The position numbers and the translations under genes are program-made. Below the pieces are notes generated by a model. It ran no database searches and was not told the origin of the DNA. It saw only the letters and a list, made by a program, of their open reading frames with translations. Below, one piece after another: positions 14,062 through 27,620 of a stretch of 64,000 bases of DNA; position 1 is the first letter of the stretch; every line of letters begins with the position of its first letter. The stretch is from the human T2T-CHM13v2.0 reference genome, Homo sapiens, in the NCBI RefSeq assembly GCF_009914755.1, contig NC_060925.1; one strand, written 5' to 3'.

Positions 14062-14360
14062 GGTTGGGCACAGTGGCTCACACCTGTAATCGCAGCCTTT
14101 TGGGAGGCCGAGGTGGAAGGGTTGTTTATGGCCAGGAGTTCAAGACCAGCCTGGGAAACATAGCAAGGAGGCTCCATCTCCATAAATAAATAAATAGCCA
14201 GGTATGGTGGTGCACATGCATGCCTGTAGTCCCAGCTACCTGGGAGGCTAAAGCAGGAGGATCACTTAAGTCCAGGAGTTTGAGATTGAAGTGAGCCATG
14301 ATCATGCCACTGCACTTTGGCCTGGGTGACAGAGAAAGGCATTATCTCTAAAAAGATAAA
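14062..14360 (+). mobile_element. AluJ
   Basis: GGAGGATCACTTAAGTCCAGGAGTTTGAG right arm; TSD AAAATC(C/T)AGAAACA. Confidence 0.92.
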
Positions 14361-14896
14361 AAATCTAGAAACAATACAAGCAAACATAGAAATTTAGTCT
14401 ATTATAAAGATTATTTTCCATTCAGGAGGGAAAAATAAACCATTCAACAAATACCATAGGAATAATTTGCTAATGATATCAAAGAAATAAAGTTAGATTC
14501 GCATCTCATGACATGCAAAAATGAATTATTGACAGACAAAAGGTTGAAAACGTATATTCAAACACACAAGCACACACACATATAACACATACATGAACCT
14601 TCTGGAAAACTAATTTTATTATCTTGCAGTTTAGAAGACATTTTAAGCAAAATAAAACCCAGAGGCCATAAAGAAGTAAAATAAAAGATATGGCTACATA
14701 AAAGTTACATCTCAGCAACAATAACAACAAAAAGCATGAGAAAAGTTAGAGAAAATAAGCAGAGATAAAATATATATTAAGTATATATAGACTATCAAGT
14801 CTTAATACATTACTTATAAGTGTATAAGTAATGTATTGTACATTATAAGTATTATGTATTATAAGTGTACTTATAAGTCAATTTAAAAACTATACC

Positions 14897-15204
14897 AGCT
14901 GGGGGCGGTGGCTCACGCCTGTAATCCCAGCACTTTGGGAGGCCAAGGCAGGTGGATCACGAGGTCAGGAGATCAAGACCATCCTGGCTAACATGGTGAA
15001 ACTCCGTCTCTACTAAAAATACAAAAAAAAAAAAAAAAAAATTATCCAGGCGTGGTGGCAGGTGCCTGTAGTCCCAGCTACTCGGGAGGCTGAGGCAGGA
15101 GAATGCGTGAACCTGGGAGGCGGAGCTTTCAGTGAGCCCAGATCGTGCCACTACACTCCAGCCTGGGTGACAGAGCGAGACTCCTGTTTAAAAAAAAAAA
15201 AAAA
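14897..15204 (+). mobile_element. AluY-type
   Basis: GAGATCAAGACCATCCTGGCTAAC and GCGTGAACC...GGCGGAGCTT diagnostics. Confidence 0.93.
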
Positions 15205-15288
15205 TACCATTCAGTGGTAAAATGGGCAATGGGCATAAATAGTCAATAGGGAAGAAATAAAAATGGCCAATGAACATTTGAAAATATG

Positions 15289-15627
<339 letters not shown>

Positions 15628-16037
15628 TCAGACAAGTGCAAAATATAACATAATACCTTTTTTGCCAATTAGATTTGAAAAATAGAAAATATTGATACTG
15701 ATATTATCCAGTTTTGACAAGGGCATGAAGAAAACAACAGCCTCACACACTATCACAAGATTATAAGTAGGTAGGCTTTTTTAATGGGACAAATTGACTG
15801 TAATTCTGGTAGAATTACGAGATCATATTACATTTTGACAAATGCTTACAAAATGCACAAAAATATATGTCTTCATTAAAACATTGTTTTCAAATGCAAA
15901 AATAAGATCTACCAGTAGATAAATGATTAATACCATAAAATGATTTATACAATAAGTAGATCCTTATAAATCAACACAAAAAGACATCCAAGGCAAATTA
16001 TTAACTAAAAAAGGCTAGGAGCTGAATAATGCAGTAT

Positions 16038-16512
16038 TACATTTTGTTGATTCCAATTTTTTTTTTTTTTTTTGTGACAGAGTCTCGCTCTGTTGCCCAG
16101 GCTGGAGTGCAGTGGCACAATCTCGGCTCACTGCAGCCTCTACCCCCAGGTTCAAGCGATTCTCCTGCCTCAGCCTCCTGAGTAGCTGGGATTACAGGTG
16201 CATACCACCATGCCCGGCTAATTTTTGTATTTTTAGTAGAGACAGGGTTTCACCATGTTGGTCAGGCTGGTCTCAAACTCCTGACCTCGTGATCCTCCCA
16301 CCTCGGCCTCTCAAAGTGCTGGGATTACAGGCATGAGCCACCGAGCCCAGCCCTAAAGATCATTTTTTAAAATACCATCACTTTTGAAATTGTGATGCAT
16401 CATGCAATCAACAGTGTTTAATACTTATCATAGTAGCATCTTTTTCTTCTTAGAAGAACATAAAATGATGATGTGTCTTACAATTGCATCTTAGATTTCA
16501 TGAAATACAGTA
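16038..16512 (+). mobile_element. MER104-like Tc2 DNA transposon split by the Alu at 16057-16352
   Basis: End GCATCTTAGATTTCATGAAATACAGTA resembles the MER104 TIR; the left remnant CATTTTGTTGATTC lies before the Alu. Confidence 0.5.
16057..16352 (-). mobile_element. Alu (AluSg-like)
   Basis: Reverse full-length Alu with T tail. Confidence 0.95.
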
Positions 16513-17278
16513 AATCACATGATCCCATAAAATATACTTATTTATATATCTAACAGACTGAGTAATTGAGAATTTACCTGATGCCTTTCTTGTGTACTAG
16601 TCTTAAGAAGAAATGAAGAAGGGGGAGGAGGAAAATTTTCTTCCTTTCCCTTTAAGGACAGCCTGGTCTTTGCATTCTTGAATTTGGCCCATTTATTCCA
16701 GGGGACTTTACAAACCTTTAATCATCAGATCTGTGGGTTAATAGCACTGTCCCTGAGAAGGAACGGATGGAGGCTTTTGTGTCTAAAGAGGAAGGGAGGG
16801 ATGTAGACCAGCCCCAGGTCCTTGTGCCTAGGAGGAGATGGGAATTCAGGGTTTGGGTTAGGAGTAGGAAGAAAACTGCTTCCCTGAAGCAAGAGGGTGG
16901 GAGAACTGCTGCATGGGTGACTGTGAAGCAGATTGATAAGTATGTTCATTGAAGGCAGAGGAAAAGAGGTCTGCCATCAAATCATCAGGATAGCAGAGGT
17001 GTCCTAATAGAGTCACCTTCCATTACTAGCCTTTAGTGTTATAGGCAGGAAGCAAGCGGACAAGAAACACAATTAACTAGAGACCCAAGGTCCATCCTCA
17101 ATCTTCCTGGGTCCCATAAACCCTGGGGTTCTAGATCAACCTCAAGGGAGAAAGAGAGTCCCCTTAAATAACTGAGACTAGATGTCTAGTCAGCAATGGT
17201 TGATAGGGGGCTGCAGCATGTTATAAAAGAAAATGTCCTCTTGTTTGCTTCTGGAGGTTCTGGACCAATTTGTACCAG

Positions 17279-17286
17279 AGATAGAT

Positions 17287-17334
<48 letters not shown>

Positions 17335-17357
17335 TAGATAGATAGATAGAGATAGAT

Positions 17358-17389
<32 letters not shown>

Positions 17390-17420
17390 TAGATGATAGA
17401 CAGATAGATAGATAGTAGAT
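17279..17420. repeat. Complex (GATA)n tetranucleotide STR
   Basis: Longest pure run is 12 units at 17287-17334, followed by a second interrupted block. Confidence 0.97.
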
Positions 17421-17894
17421 CAGTAGCACCATCTTAATGTATTTGCTTGTTTAACACATTTAATGAGCTCATCTTATGTGCCCAGAACTCAGCTGGGCCC
17501 AGGGGGATACCAGGGACAGGATGAAGTCTGCAGTCAAGGAGCTCATGGTCTACAAGGTGGCAAACCTTCCAGAAGTGGAGCATCTTGGTTGCATGTGCCC
17601 CCTTTTCCTCCCAGGTAAATTTGCCACTCCCTACTTGTTGTTGCCCCCGAGGGACTTGGCAGCGGGTGTGGCTTCTCCAACTCAGAACTTGAAGCAGTGT
17701 GTTTTAGGAACCTTGAAGTTACAGTTTTGCTTGAACTGTGTGCAGTGGCCCCAGCATGGCCTGTGATAAATTGCTGTCTGGGAATCAGCCACACCACTTC
17801 TCAGACAGCTGCTGAGAGTTGTCTGAGAAGAGTCATTTCACTCCGGGGGCAAAGGGCCTCTGTAGTCACAGTTACAGCGAAGCTGCGAGACAGT

Positions 17895-19350
17895 CTTCTC
17901 ATTCATTCCTTCAAAAAACATTTGTTCTAGCCTTCACAGCAACAGTGACATACAATAAATATAGTTCTTACCCTCATGGAGGCAATACTCTAGTGGAGGA
18001 GATAGTTGTTCACAAACACAAAGGAACTGCATCGACTAAAAGGTGTTTCATTGGCAAAGGAGCTGAGTAGTATGAAGAAAAGGAACTTGGGGAGTGAAGC
18101 AGAAGTTCCTGGAGCTGAGGGAGGAGTAAGCTGACTCCCCTGAAAAACTGACTTGGCACTGAACTCTAAAGGTTGAGTGGTGTCATGTGATCAAAGAGGA
18201 AGGAAAATGGTACTAGGTCCAGGGGACAGCAAGTGCAAAGGCCCTGTGTTTGGAGGAAATGGAGAGGATTTGAGGACCTGAAAGAAGGCTTGCTTTGTAG
18301 CCAGGGATCGAAAAAGAGGATGTTTCCAAGACAGGATGGAGTGATTGGGGGTATTGATTGAAGGAGGAAAAACAGAAAATTATTTTCTTTGCTTTACCAG
18401 ACAAAGTTGGCTTACATTTGAAGAGAAAAGGAAAGAGATGTACAAGTGACTAACCTGCTTCATCTAAAAAGAATTTTTCCAAAACAAAAATCTTCTTCTA
18501 AGTGAGCAGCATCCATTCACTTGGCGCAAATCAAGATCCTACAGTCATTCTGTCATTCTTCTCTCAATCTCCAGATCTTATCAACAATTATTTTGTTGTC
18601 AGTTCATCTCCCTTACATCATTGAAATCCATTCACTTCTCTCCAGCTGCTATGTCAGTACCTTGGTTCACGGCACCATCGACTCTTATCTTAGCATCTAC
18701 AATGGCAACAAATTTACAATATTGTGATTGGCTTTCCTACCTCTAGCCTTTCCACACCACATCCATTCATTTGCCTCCATTGTAACCAGAAGTGATTTTT
18801 CTAAAGCATTAATCTCTCCCTCTTTTCAAAATCTAGTGTGTTTTACTTTTACCATTGTTCCAGAATAAAGCCCAAACTCCTTACCATAGCTCTTAATATC
18901 CCTTCTAATCTGTCTCTAGTAACTTCACTGCCATTCTCTACTCCTGCCATAGTAAGTTACTTATCTTGTGCTGGTCCCTTTTTGTTTTGTCTCATGGCCA
19001 TCCTCCACACTACTGCTGTAATCAATCCATCTTTTGATATCACATCTGTGACCATGGTATTTCCCCAATTAAGACTACTCTGGGGTTCCTTTTCACTTGA
19101 GTATTACATTTGATCCCCTTAACATAGCAGACAAGACTCCTTAAGATATGACCCCTACCATTTTCTTCAGCTTTATTTTCTACCACTTTCTTGCTTTCCT
19201 CTAATTATTGTTCTTCATGTCCCTAAGATATTAAATTGCTTGTGATTCCCAAGACATACACTATCATTTCATGCCTCAATACATTTGCATAGATTCCCTC
19301 TGCCTGATTGTTTTTCTCATTGATGCTTGAACTTTTTATTACTCCTTAAA
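17895..19350. mobile_element. L2 fragments in both orientations
   Basis: TTCATTCATTCCTTCAAAAAACATTTG L2 tail (minus strand) and pyrimidine-rich L2 body text such as CCCAAACTCCTTACCATAGC (plus strand). Boundaries approximate. Confidence 0.6.
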
Positions 19351-19374
19351 ACACTATTCAGATTTTGAATATGT

Positions 19375-21765
<2,391 letters not shown>

Positions 21766-22283
21766 CACCCTAGAATTTGACCCTAGTCTGTCTGGCTCCA
21801 GAGTTTGTGCTCTCAACTACTACATTACCTGGTCTATGAAGCTTTCAGATTTCTTTCATATTCTCTATCATATGCCCATCACCTAGGTTTTCCACAACAA
21901 AGGAGAACCTGACAGCTGTCCCTACAAGCAATAATCATTCCCTGTTAGAAACCAAGAGGAAGAAGGAACATTGCAAGCACTGATAATAAATTTTTTTCCT
22001 GGAAAAAAGACATAATTTTCCCCTAGTGTAAGAGAAACAAAGTGCATGGGAGGAAAATGTGTTACTAACTGTAGGAAGGGGCAAACTGGAAGGCAATTCT
22101 AAACATCTCCAGATGAGGGGACTCCAAGCCATCAGCATTACAGTCTACGTTGGAAGACCATGATATGCAACTGCTGTCATCTACGTGGAATTTCCCTCAA
22201 TCATCTTTTAGAATTACAGCAGCTACGTGCTAATGTCTCAGAGACCTCTTGTCTTCAGAGATAGCTACACTCTCTTCAATTCT

Positions 22284-22923
22284 GCATGGCAGGCAGTATT
22301 TGGACAGCTCTCAAGGTACCCATTAGCTGGTGTGCATGTCTTGTATAGTCCTCATACTTGGAACATGGGCAGAACCTCTGAAGGTGATGAGAGGTAACTT
22401 CCATGACTAGGTTACATTACATGGCAAAGGTGAAAATATTTTGCAGGTATAATTAAGGTTCCTAAGCAATTGACTTTGAGTTCATCAACAGGGAGATTAC
22501 CTGAGTGTGCCTGGTCTAATTAGCTAACCTCTTAAAAGAGAATCTCCTGCTGGCCTTGAGAAAGCAAACAACCATGTGCGAATTGTCTATGAAGGAGGCC
22601 GTGGCAAGGACTTGACGGCAGCCTCTAAGTACTAAAAGTGGTCCCTACTCACCAGCCAGGAAGAAAACAGGGACTTTAGTCCTACAACCACAATAACTGA
22701 ATCTTGCCAACAACTGGAGAACTAGGAAGAGAATCCCATGACTTACCTCGAATCACGGTCGTGGCTGACACCTTGACTTCGGCCTGGTGAGACCCTGAGC
22801 CAAGGACCCAACTCACTGATACCAAGACTCCTGCCCCTTGGAAATGCTGAGATAATAAATTTCTGATGCTTTAAGCCACTAAATTTGTGATAATTTGCTA
22901 CAAAACTATAGAAAACAAATGCA
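22284..22923 (+). mobile_element. MLT1E-like solo LTR (ERVL-MaLR)
   Basis: GGTTACATTACATGGCAAAGG...TTTAAGCCACTAAATTTGTGATAATTTG...ATAGAAAACAAATGCA. Confidence 0.8.
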
Positions 22924-23294
22924 TACTACGATGTCAATGGCAGTGTCTGTTTGGGTGGTGTTGCCCTTGTAAGAAGTCACTGGAGCCTAAAGGGTTACAC
23001 CCCCAGGAACCCCATCCCAGGAGGGAGAAAAGATGCCAGATCAGGGCAATCCTATTTGAGGGAAAGGGATGCTATGAGTCTGTGAAGGAAGGTTTGGTGC
23101 TCAGCGACTTGGACAGGATATGAGCTAGGTTTACCAACACTTTGCAGAAATGACAATGGAAACAAGCAAATTCAAGTGCAGAGCAGAGTCTTGATATGTT
23201 ACCAAACCAGTAATGCAATAGATTGAATGAAGGCTGGGAAAGAAGGGAAGAAATCACAATAAAAGTAATTGTCCTTATGCTTAGTTGACATGAG

Positions 23295-23500
23295 ATCTAG
23301 CATAAGACAGAGCTGGGTTTAAATCCTCCACCCAATCTCTTAGCTCTTAAACAAGTGACTTGACTCACAGTTTCATCTTCCCTAAAACAAGCTTCAAAAT
23401 ACCTCCATCACCAGGTTGCTGTGACAATTAAGAGAACAGGTATAAACCCTCTAATACAAAGCCAGGTACACAATAGATACCCAATAAGTGGTAGCTATTA
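23295..23500 (+). mobile_element. MIR
   Basis: AGACAGAGCTGGGTTTAAATCC...ACAAGTGACTT...GGTTGCTGTGACAATTAA...GCCAGGTACACAATAG. Confidence 0.75.
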
Positions 23501-23529
23501 CTATATGATCATAAAATATTGCCACATAT

Positions 23530-23645
23530 ATGCATTTTCTATGACTTTGTAACAAATTGCCACAAATTTGGTGGTTTAAAGTAATGCAAATTCATTATCT
23601 TGCAGTTTCTGTGAGGCAGGGATGTGGGCATGGGCTAGCTGGGCA
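23530..23645 (-). mobile_element. MLT1 LTR fragment
   Basis: TGTAACAAATTGCCACAAATTTGGTGGTTTAAA...ATTATCTTGCAGTTTCTG is the reverse 3' end of an MLT1 LTR. Confidence 0.7.
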
Positions 23646-24740
23646 CTCTCACTTTAATAGGGGCAATTTCCCCCAAAAGCAGGACACAGAAATCAGGCTC
23701 ACTGGGGAAGAGTGGTCCCAGCCACAGTGATGGTAATGCTTCCCTTAGAGATTCCTGCCCTCCATGCAGAAGTGACAGAGGGAGGGTCGGGATGGGGATG
23801 GTCGGGGTACAGAAATGAAAAGGGATAGGGGGAAGGCCTGATCTGTCCCCATCAAACACAGCTGTCAGAAAAATGGCCAGAAAGAGGATGGAGCCTGAGT
23901 CAGGGCCAAACACCTCTCCCACCTCTCTTCTCTGCATCTGAAGCTGTGCATCTTGCTATTTAATGGAACTCTCTAATCGAACAGTACTTACTCCTCAGCA
24001 AACAGACATTATTTCTGTACATCATTAAGTTCACTGTTATTTGTAATTCTGTAATTCTGAAAGGTTAACCCAGGCTCTTCCAGGGCTGGTTTCCCTGCCC
24101 CAGTGAACATTCATGGGTGGTCCATGTGCCTCTAAGGACTTGCCTACCTTCACTTAAATATTCTCCCTGAGTCGGGGGCATGGGGAATACTCAGAGAAGG
24201 GAGACATCAGCCTGGTTCCAAACAACCAGTGTCTGCATCATTATCACTGCAGTAACTCTGACATCCCCCACAGTATAGAGCATGAGGGCCGCCTCATAAA
24301 TCCTGACTGGCTGGTTCATCAACTCACCTACCCCACCCTGCAGTGTACATCATCTGAACCAAGAGCACCCACTTGCCAGTTCTCTGTGCCCCATGCTCTG
24401 ACACCCACCTCATCATCCCCGGGCTCCCATCAGTGGTGGAAGACTCATGGAGCAAGAAGGCCCAATTATCCCGCTCTCATGGGTAAGTTTACAAATCAGA
24501 TTAGTGATAGGATTTGAGAGTAAAGCCAGGACTTCTGAATCCTTGTCCAGCCTGTTTTTACTCCATCCCACTTTCTATGCAGGATCTGTGGTCAGTGCCA
24601 TCTATTTCCTTCTTCATCCTGGGTCATCTGTTTGTGTCTTCCCTTTCAATACATTGATACTCAAACCACGGAAGTTTCCCAAGTGCTACAGAGAAAGGGA
24701 GCGGGGCAGAGAAGTTTGCTTTGCATCCTCCTCTTGCAAT

Positions 24741-24919
24741 CAGGGCCAATGCTATGAGCATGCAGCTGGTGCAATCGCACAGGGCCCTGTGCTTGAGAGG
24801 GTCTCACATTTACTTTACTGCTCTGCTGTTGTCCTCTTGAAACTCTTAGTAATTTTTGAACAAGGTGTCACACATTTTTATTTTGAATTGAGCCCCACAA
24901 AATTATGTCACTGGTCCTG
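24741..24919 (+). mobile_element. MER45A (hAT-Tip100) MITE, full length
   Basis: CAGGGCC...GGTCCTG termini, 179 bp; 8-bp TSD CTTGCAAT / TCTGCAAT (6/8). Confidence 0.85.
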
Positions 24920-27551
24920 TCTGCAATAAAGATGCAATGAACTTCAACATACCTTTGCAAATTGGAGGGAGACTAGAAATCCCTTTTCTTATTGGCCAAA
25001 CATCAGGCATTTATTGTAATTCAGTGTCATATCAGCACTACCTTCAGTTAAACTAGGTTGATTTCATTGGCCTGCAGACCAATGAAGTAAACAAAAGAGA
25101 AGAAAGGATGTGTAGGAACAGCATGTAAAACATCGCAGGATGGCATCCCACAACGGGAGGATTCCTGAAAACTGCTCTCGGCTCCTTCCATCCACCTCCA
25201 TCCTGGACTCCTCTTTACTCCCTACACACCCCCCTTCTCCACTGGAGCTGTGTCATTGACAACATTCCCTCGAAATCTCCTCCAATATATCTTGGCATGC
25301 CAGTTCTTTCCCTCATCTCCTATTGCTCATCTGTGTTTGTTAAATATTATTTGGCACATAGGAAGCTCTTCAGAAAAAGAGACTTGGATTGCAGGGGATG
25401 GGCGGTGGGCTTGTGATTTGCGCAGGAATGAGGCTGTGCTGGCTCTTCCCCGCTTCCTCATCCCTCCCCCACCCACATCAACACCATAACACAGACAGGC
25501 ACACAAATGTGTTGAGAAAGAAATGCACCAGGGCCATAAAAACCTTTAGGAAACAAGGCCTGGTAGCTTACCTAGACTTAAAAGCTTGGATTGTGAAAGC
25601 AGCTAGAACCGAGGCTGTCGAATCCCCCTTCTTGTTTTCTAAACTTGTCTCTCTTCTTGGCACTACAACCAGTACCTTCACCAAGAAACTCTACCATTGG
25701 CCAGGGTCTGGCGGCACATGCTCTCTAAATGACTGATCCCCAAAAGTCTCTGTTGTGAAAAAGTAAAGCAATCATGCGGAGGAGCCTAGCTCTCCAGCCA
25801 GGGGCTCTGCTGCTCTCACCGTGTTTAATGAGCAGAACTTCTGATACCGCAGCACTTTTCTAGGACCTACGTGGAAGAAGGAAGTGGATTTCTGATTGAG
25901 AACTCCCAAGGTACAGGGCAACTTCTCCTTTCAACGTCGGACACCCACACTCCCCCACTCTCAGAATCCTGTTTCTGATCTTGACAATGACAATCCCAAG
26001 CATATTGATGACACTTCCTATTTCTCAAGACACTTACTAAGGCAGCATCCTATATGATCTTTCTGGCACCCTGGAGAGATAAGCAGGGCAACCCTTATTC
26101 CCATTTTACAGAAAAAGCAGCTGAGTCTAAATGATGCTTATGCTCTGCCGGCAGGAAACTCAGCCTCACACCTGTGGCAGCACATTTGAAGCCGTCATGC
26201 TGGCTTCTGTTTAAAGACTGAGTTCTCATGGCAAAATGTAATTGACGAGAAATTTGTTTCCTTCGGCTATTGAAGCACTGGCAATCATTTCCCATTTCCC
26301 TCTAACTTTAGGCGCAGGCCTGCCTCAGTGAGGCCATGCATTTCTCTAACTCGACATTGTTGTAAAAGACGCAATGGCTAGGTAAGACAACTCACTGAAA
26401 GGAGAAAGGAGTTTTTAAGGCTGGAGAAACAGAGACTGGAAAAAGAGGAGGGGCCTGAAAGAGCAGAGAGTGGTTCTGATTGAGAAGGAAAGGGGAAAAT
26501 TATCCCAATTCTAGCACTGCTGGAAAATGGGAAAGTTATTGCTGCACAAAGACCCTCTCGAACTGCCTGCCTTCCAAAATTTCTACTGCACTCTGCAGTT
26601 ACTTGTGTATGGCAGAAGCAGCATCTTTGTATTATATGAACAGTCTGCTTCATAATCAAATACCATCTGTCGCTACATCTGAACTTGTTTTCAACATCTG
26701 TGCGTTCTGGTCTTAACAAAGCTTTAAAAACTAATTCAAAAACTTTCATGGATCACTGACTAAATATGTACATTGACCATCTTTCCACACTGGTTTGCAA
26801 TGTTTCTTCTATAGGTGCCTCCCTCTGCCTGGGAAGAGTGAAGACATATACACTTGGAGGCTTTATTAAGCTTATTTTGTAATGGCCTTGGGTAGCCAAG
26901 TGCAAGAGAGGGACACTTGCTTATGCACTGAGAGGACCCATCATATTCTTTCTTGGTGCCAATACGGTCCCTTTCTGCCAATGAGAAACCTGTAAGTTGA
27001 TCAGCTACCATACCCCAATTACTCAAAATGACACTACAGATAAAACGGCAACCAAGGGGAGAATCAACTGTATGCTCATATGCAGCGAAAGTGTGTTTGA
27101 ACAAATGGTGAAGTAAAACCATGAGAGCTCTCGGGAGGATAAGGACGCTGTTACTTTGCACATGCTTCAGAAATGTGAAGTACGTCTTTACAGAACTTTT
27201 GGCCAACCCCCTGGCAGATGTTGACCAGTTTTGCTTATGTATACGTCAGTTGCAGAACACTAAAACAGAGATTGGAAATTTTAATTTAGTCAAGGCAGTT
27301 GGGCTAAAATGATGGCTTTTGTTGAAACCATTAAATAGAGCTGCCTAATGAAGTACAGTACAGAGCTGGCAAACAGAGCCCTGATGGGGAGCGGCCGCTT
27401 CCAAGCAGGAGAGAGGGAAGGCAGCGGCCATGAGGGTCTCAGAATGCAGGCAGCATGGCATCCTTGGACCGAGAGCCAGAGCTTGAGGTGGTGGGGGCAG
27501 AAAGGATGAGGGGGCTAGGAAAGTGAGCAGATGACAAGGCACTGGTGGAAT

Positions 27552-27554
<3 letters not shown>

Positions 27555-27589
<35 letters not shown>

Positions 27590-27620
27590 ATGCACGTGTG
27601 TGTGTGTGTGTGTGTGTGTG
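27555..27620. repeat. (TG)n microsatellite with an alternating CGCATGCACG core
   Basis: Unbroken purine-pyrimidine alternation over ~66 bp. Confidence 0.97.

Noticed and set aside
23780-23797. G4 motif GGGAGGGTCGGGATGGGG (also G-rich runs near 27800 and 57940)
   Set aside because: Real motifs but without supporting context; the one near 57940 is the ordinary L1 3' UTR G-tract.
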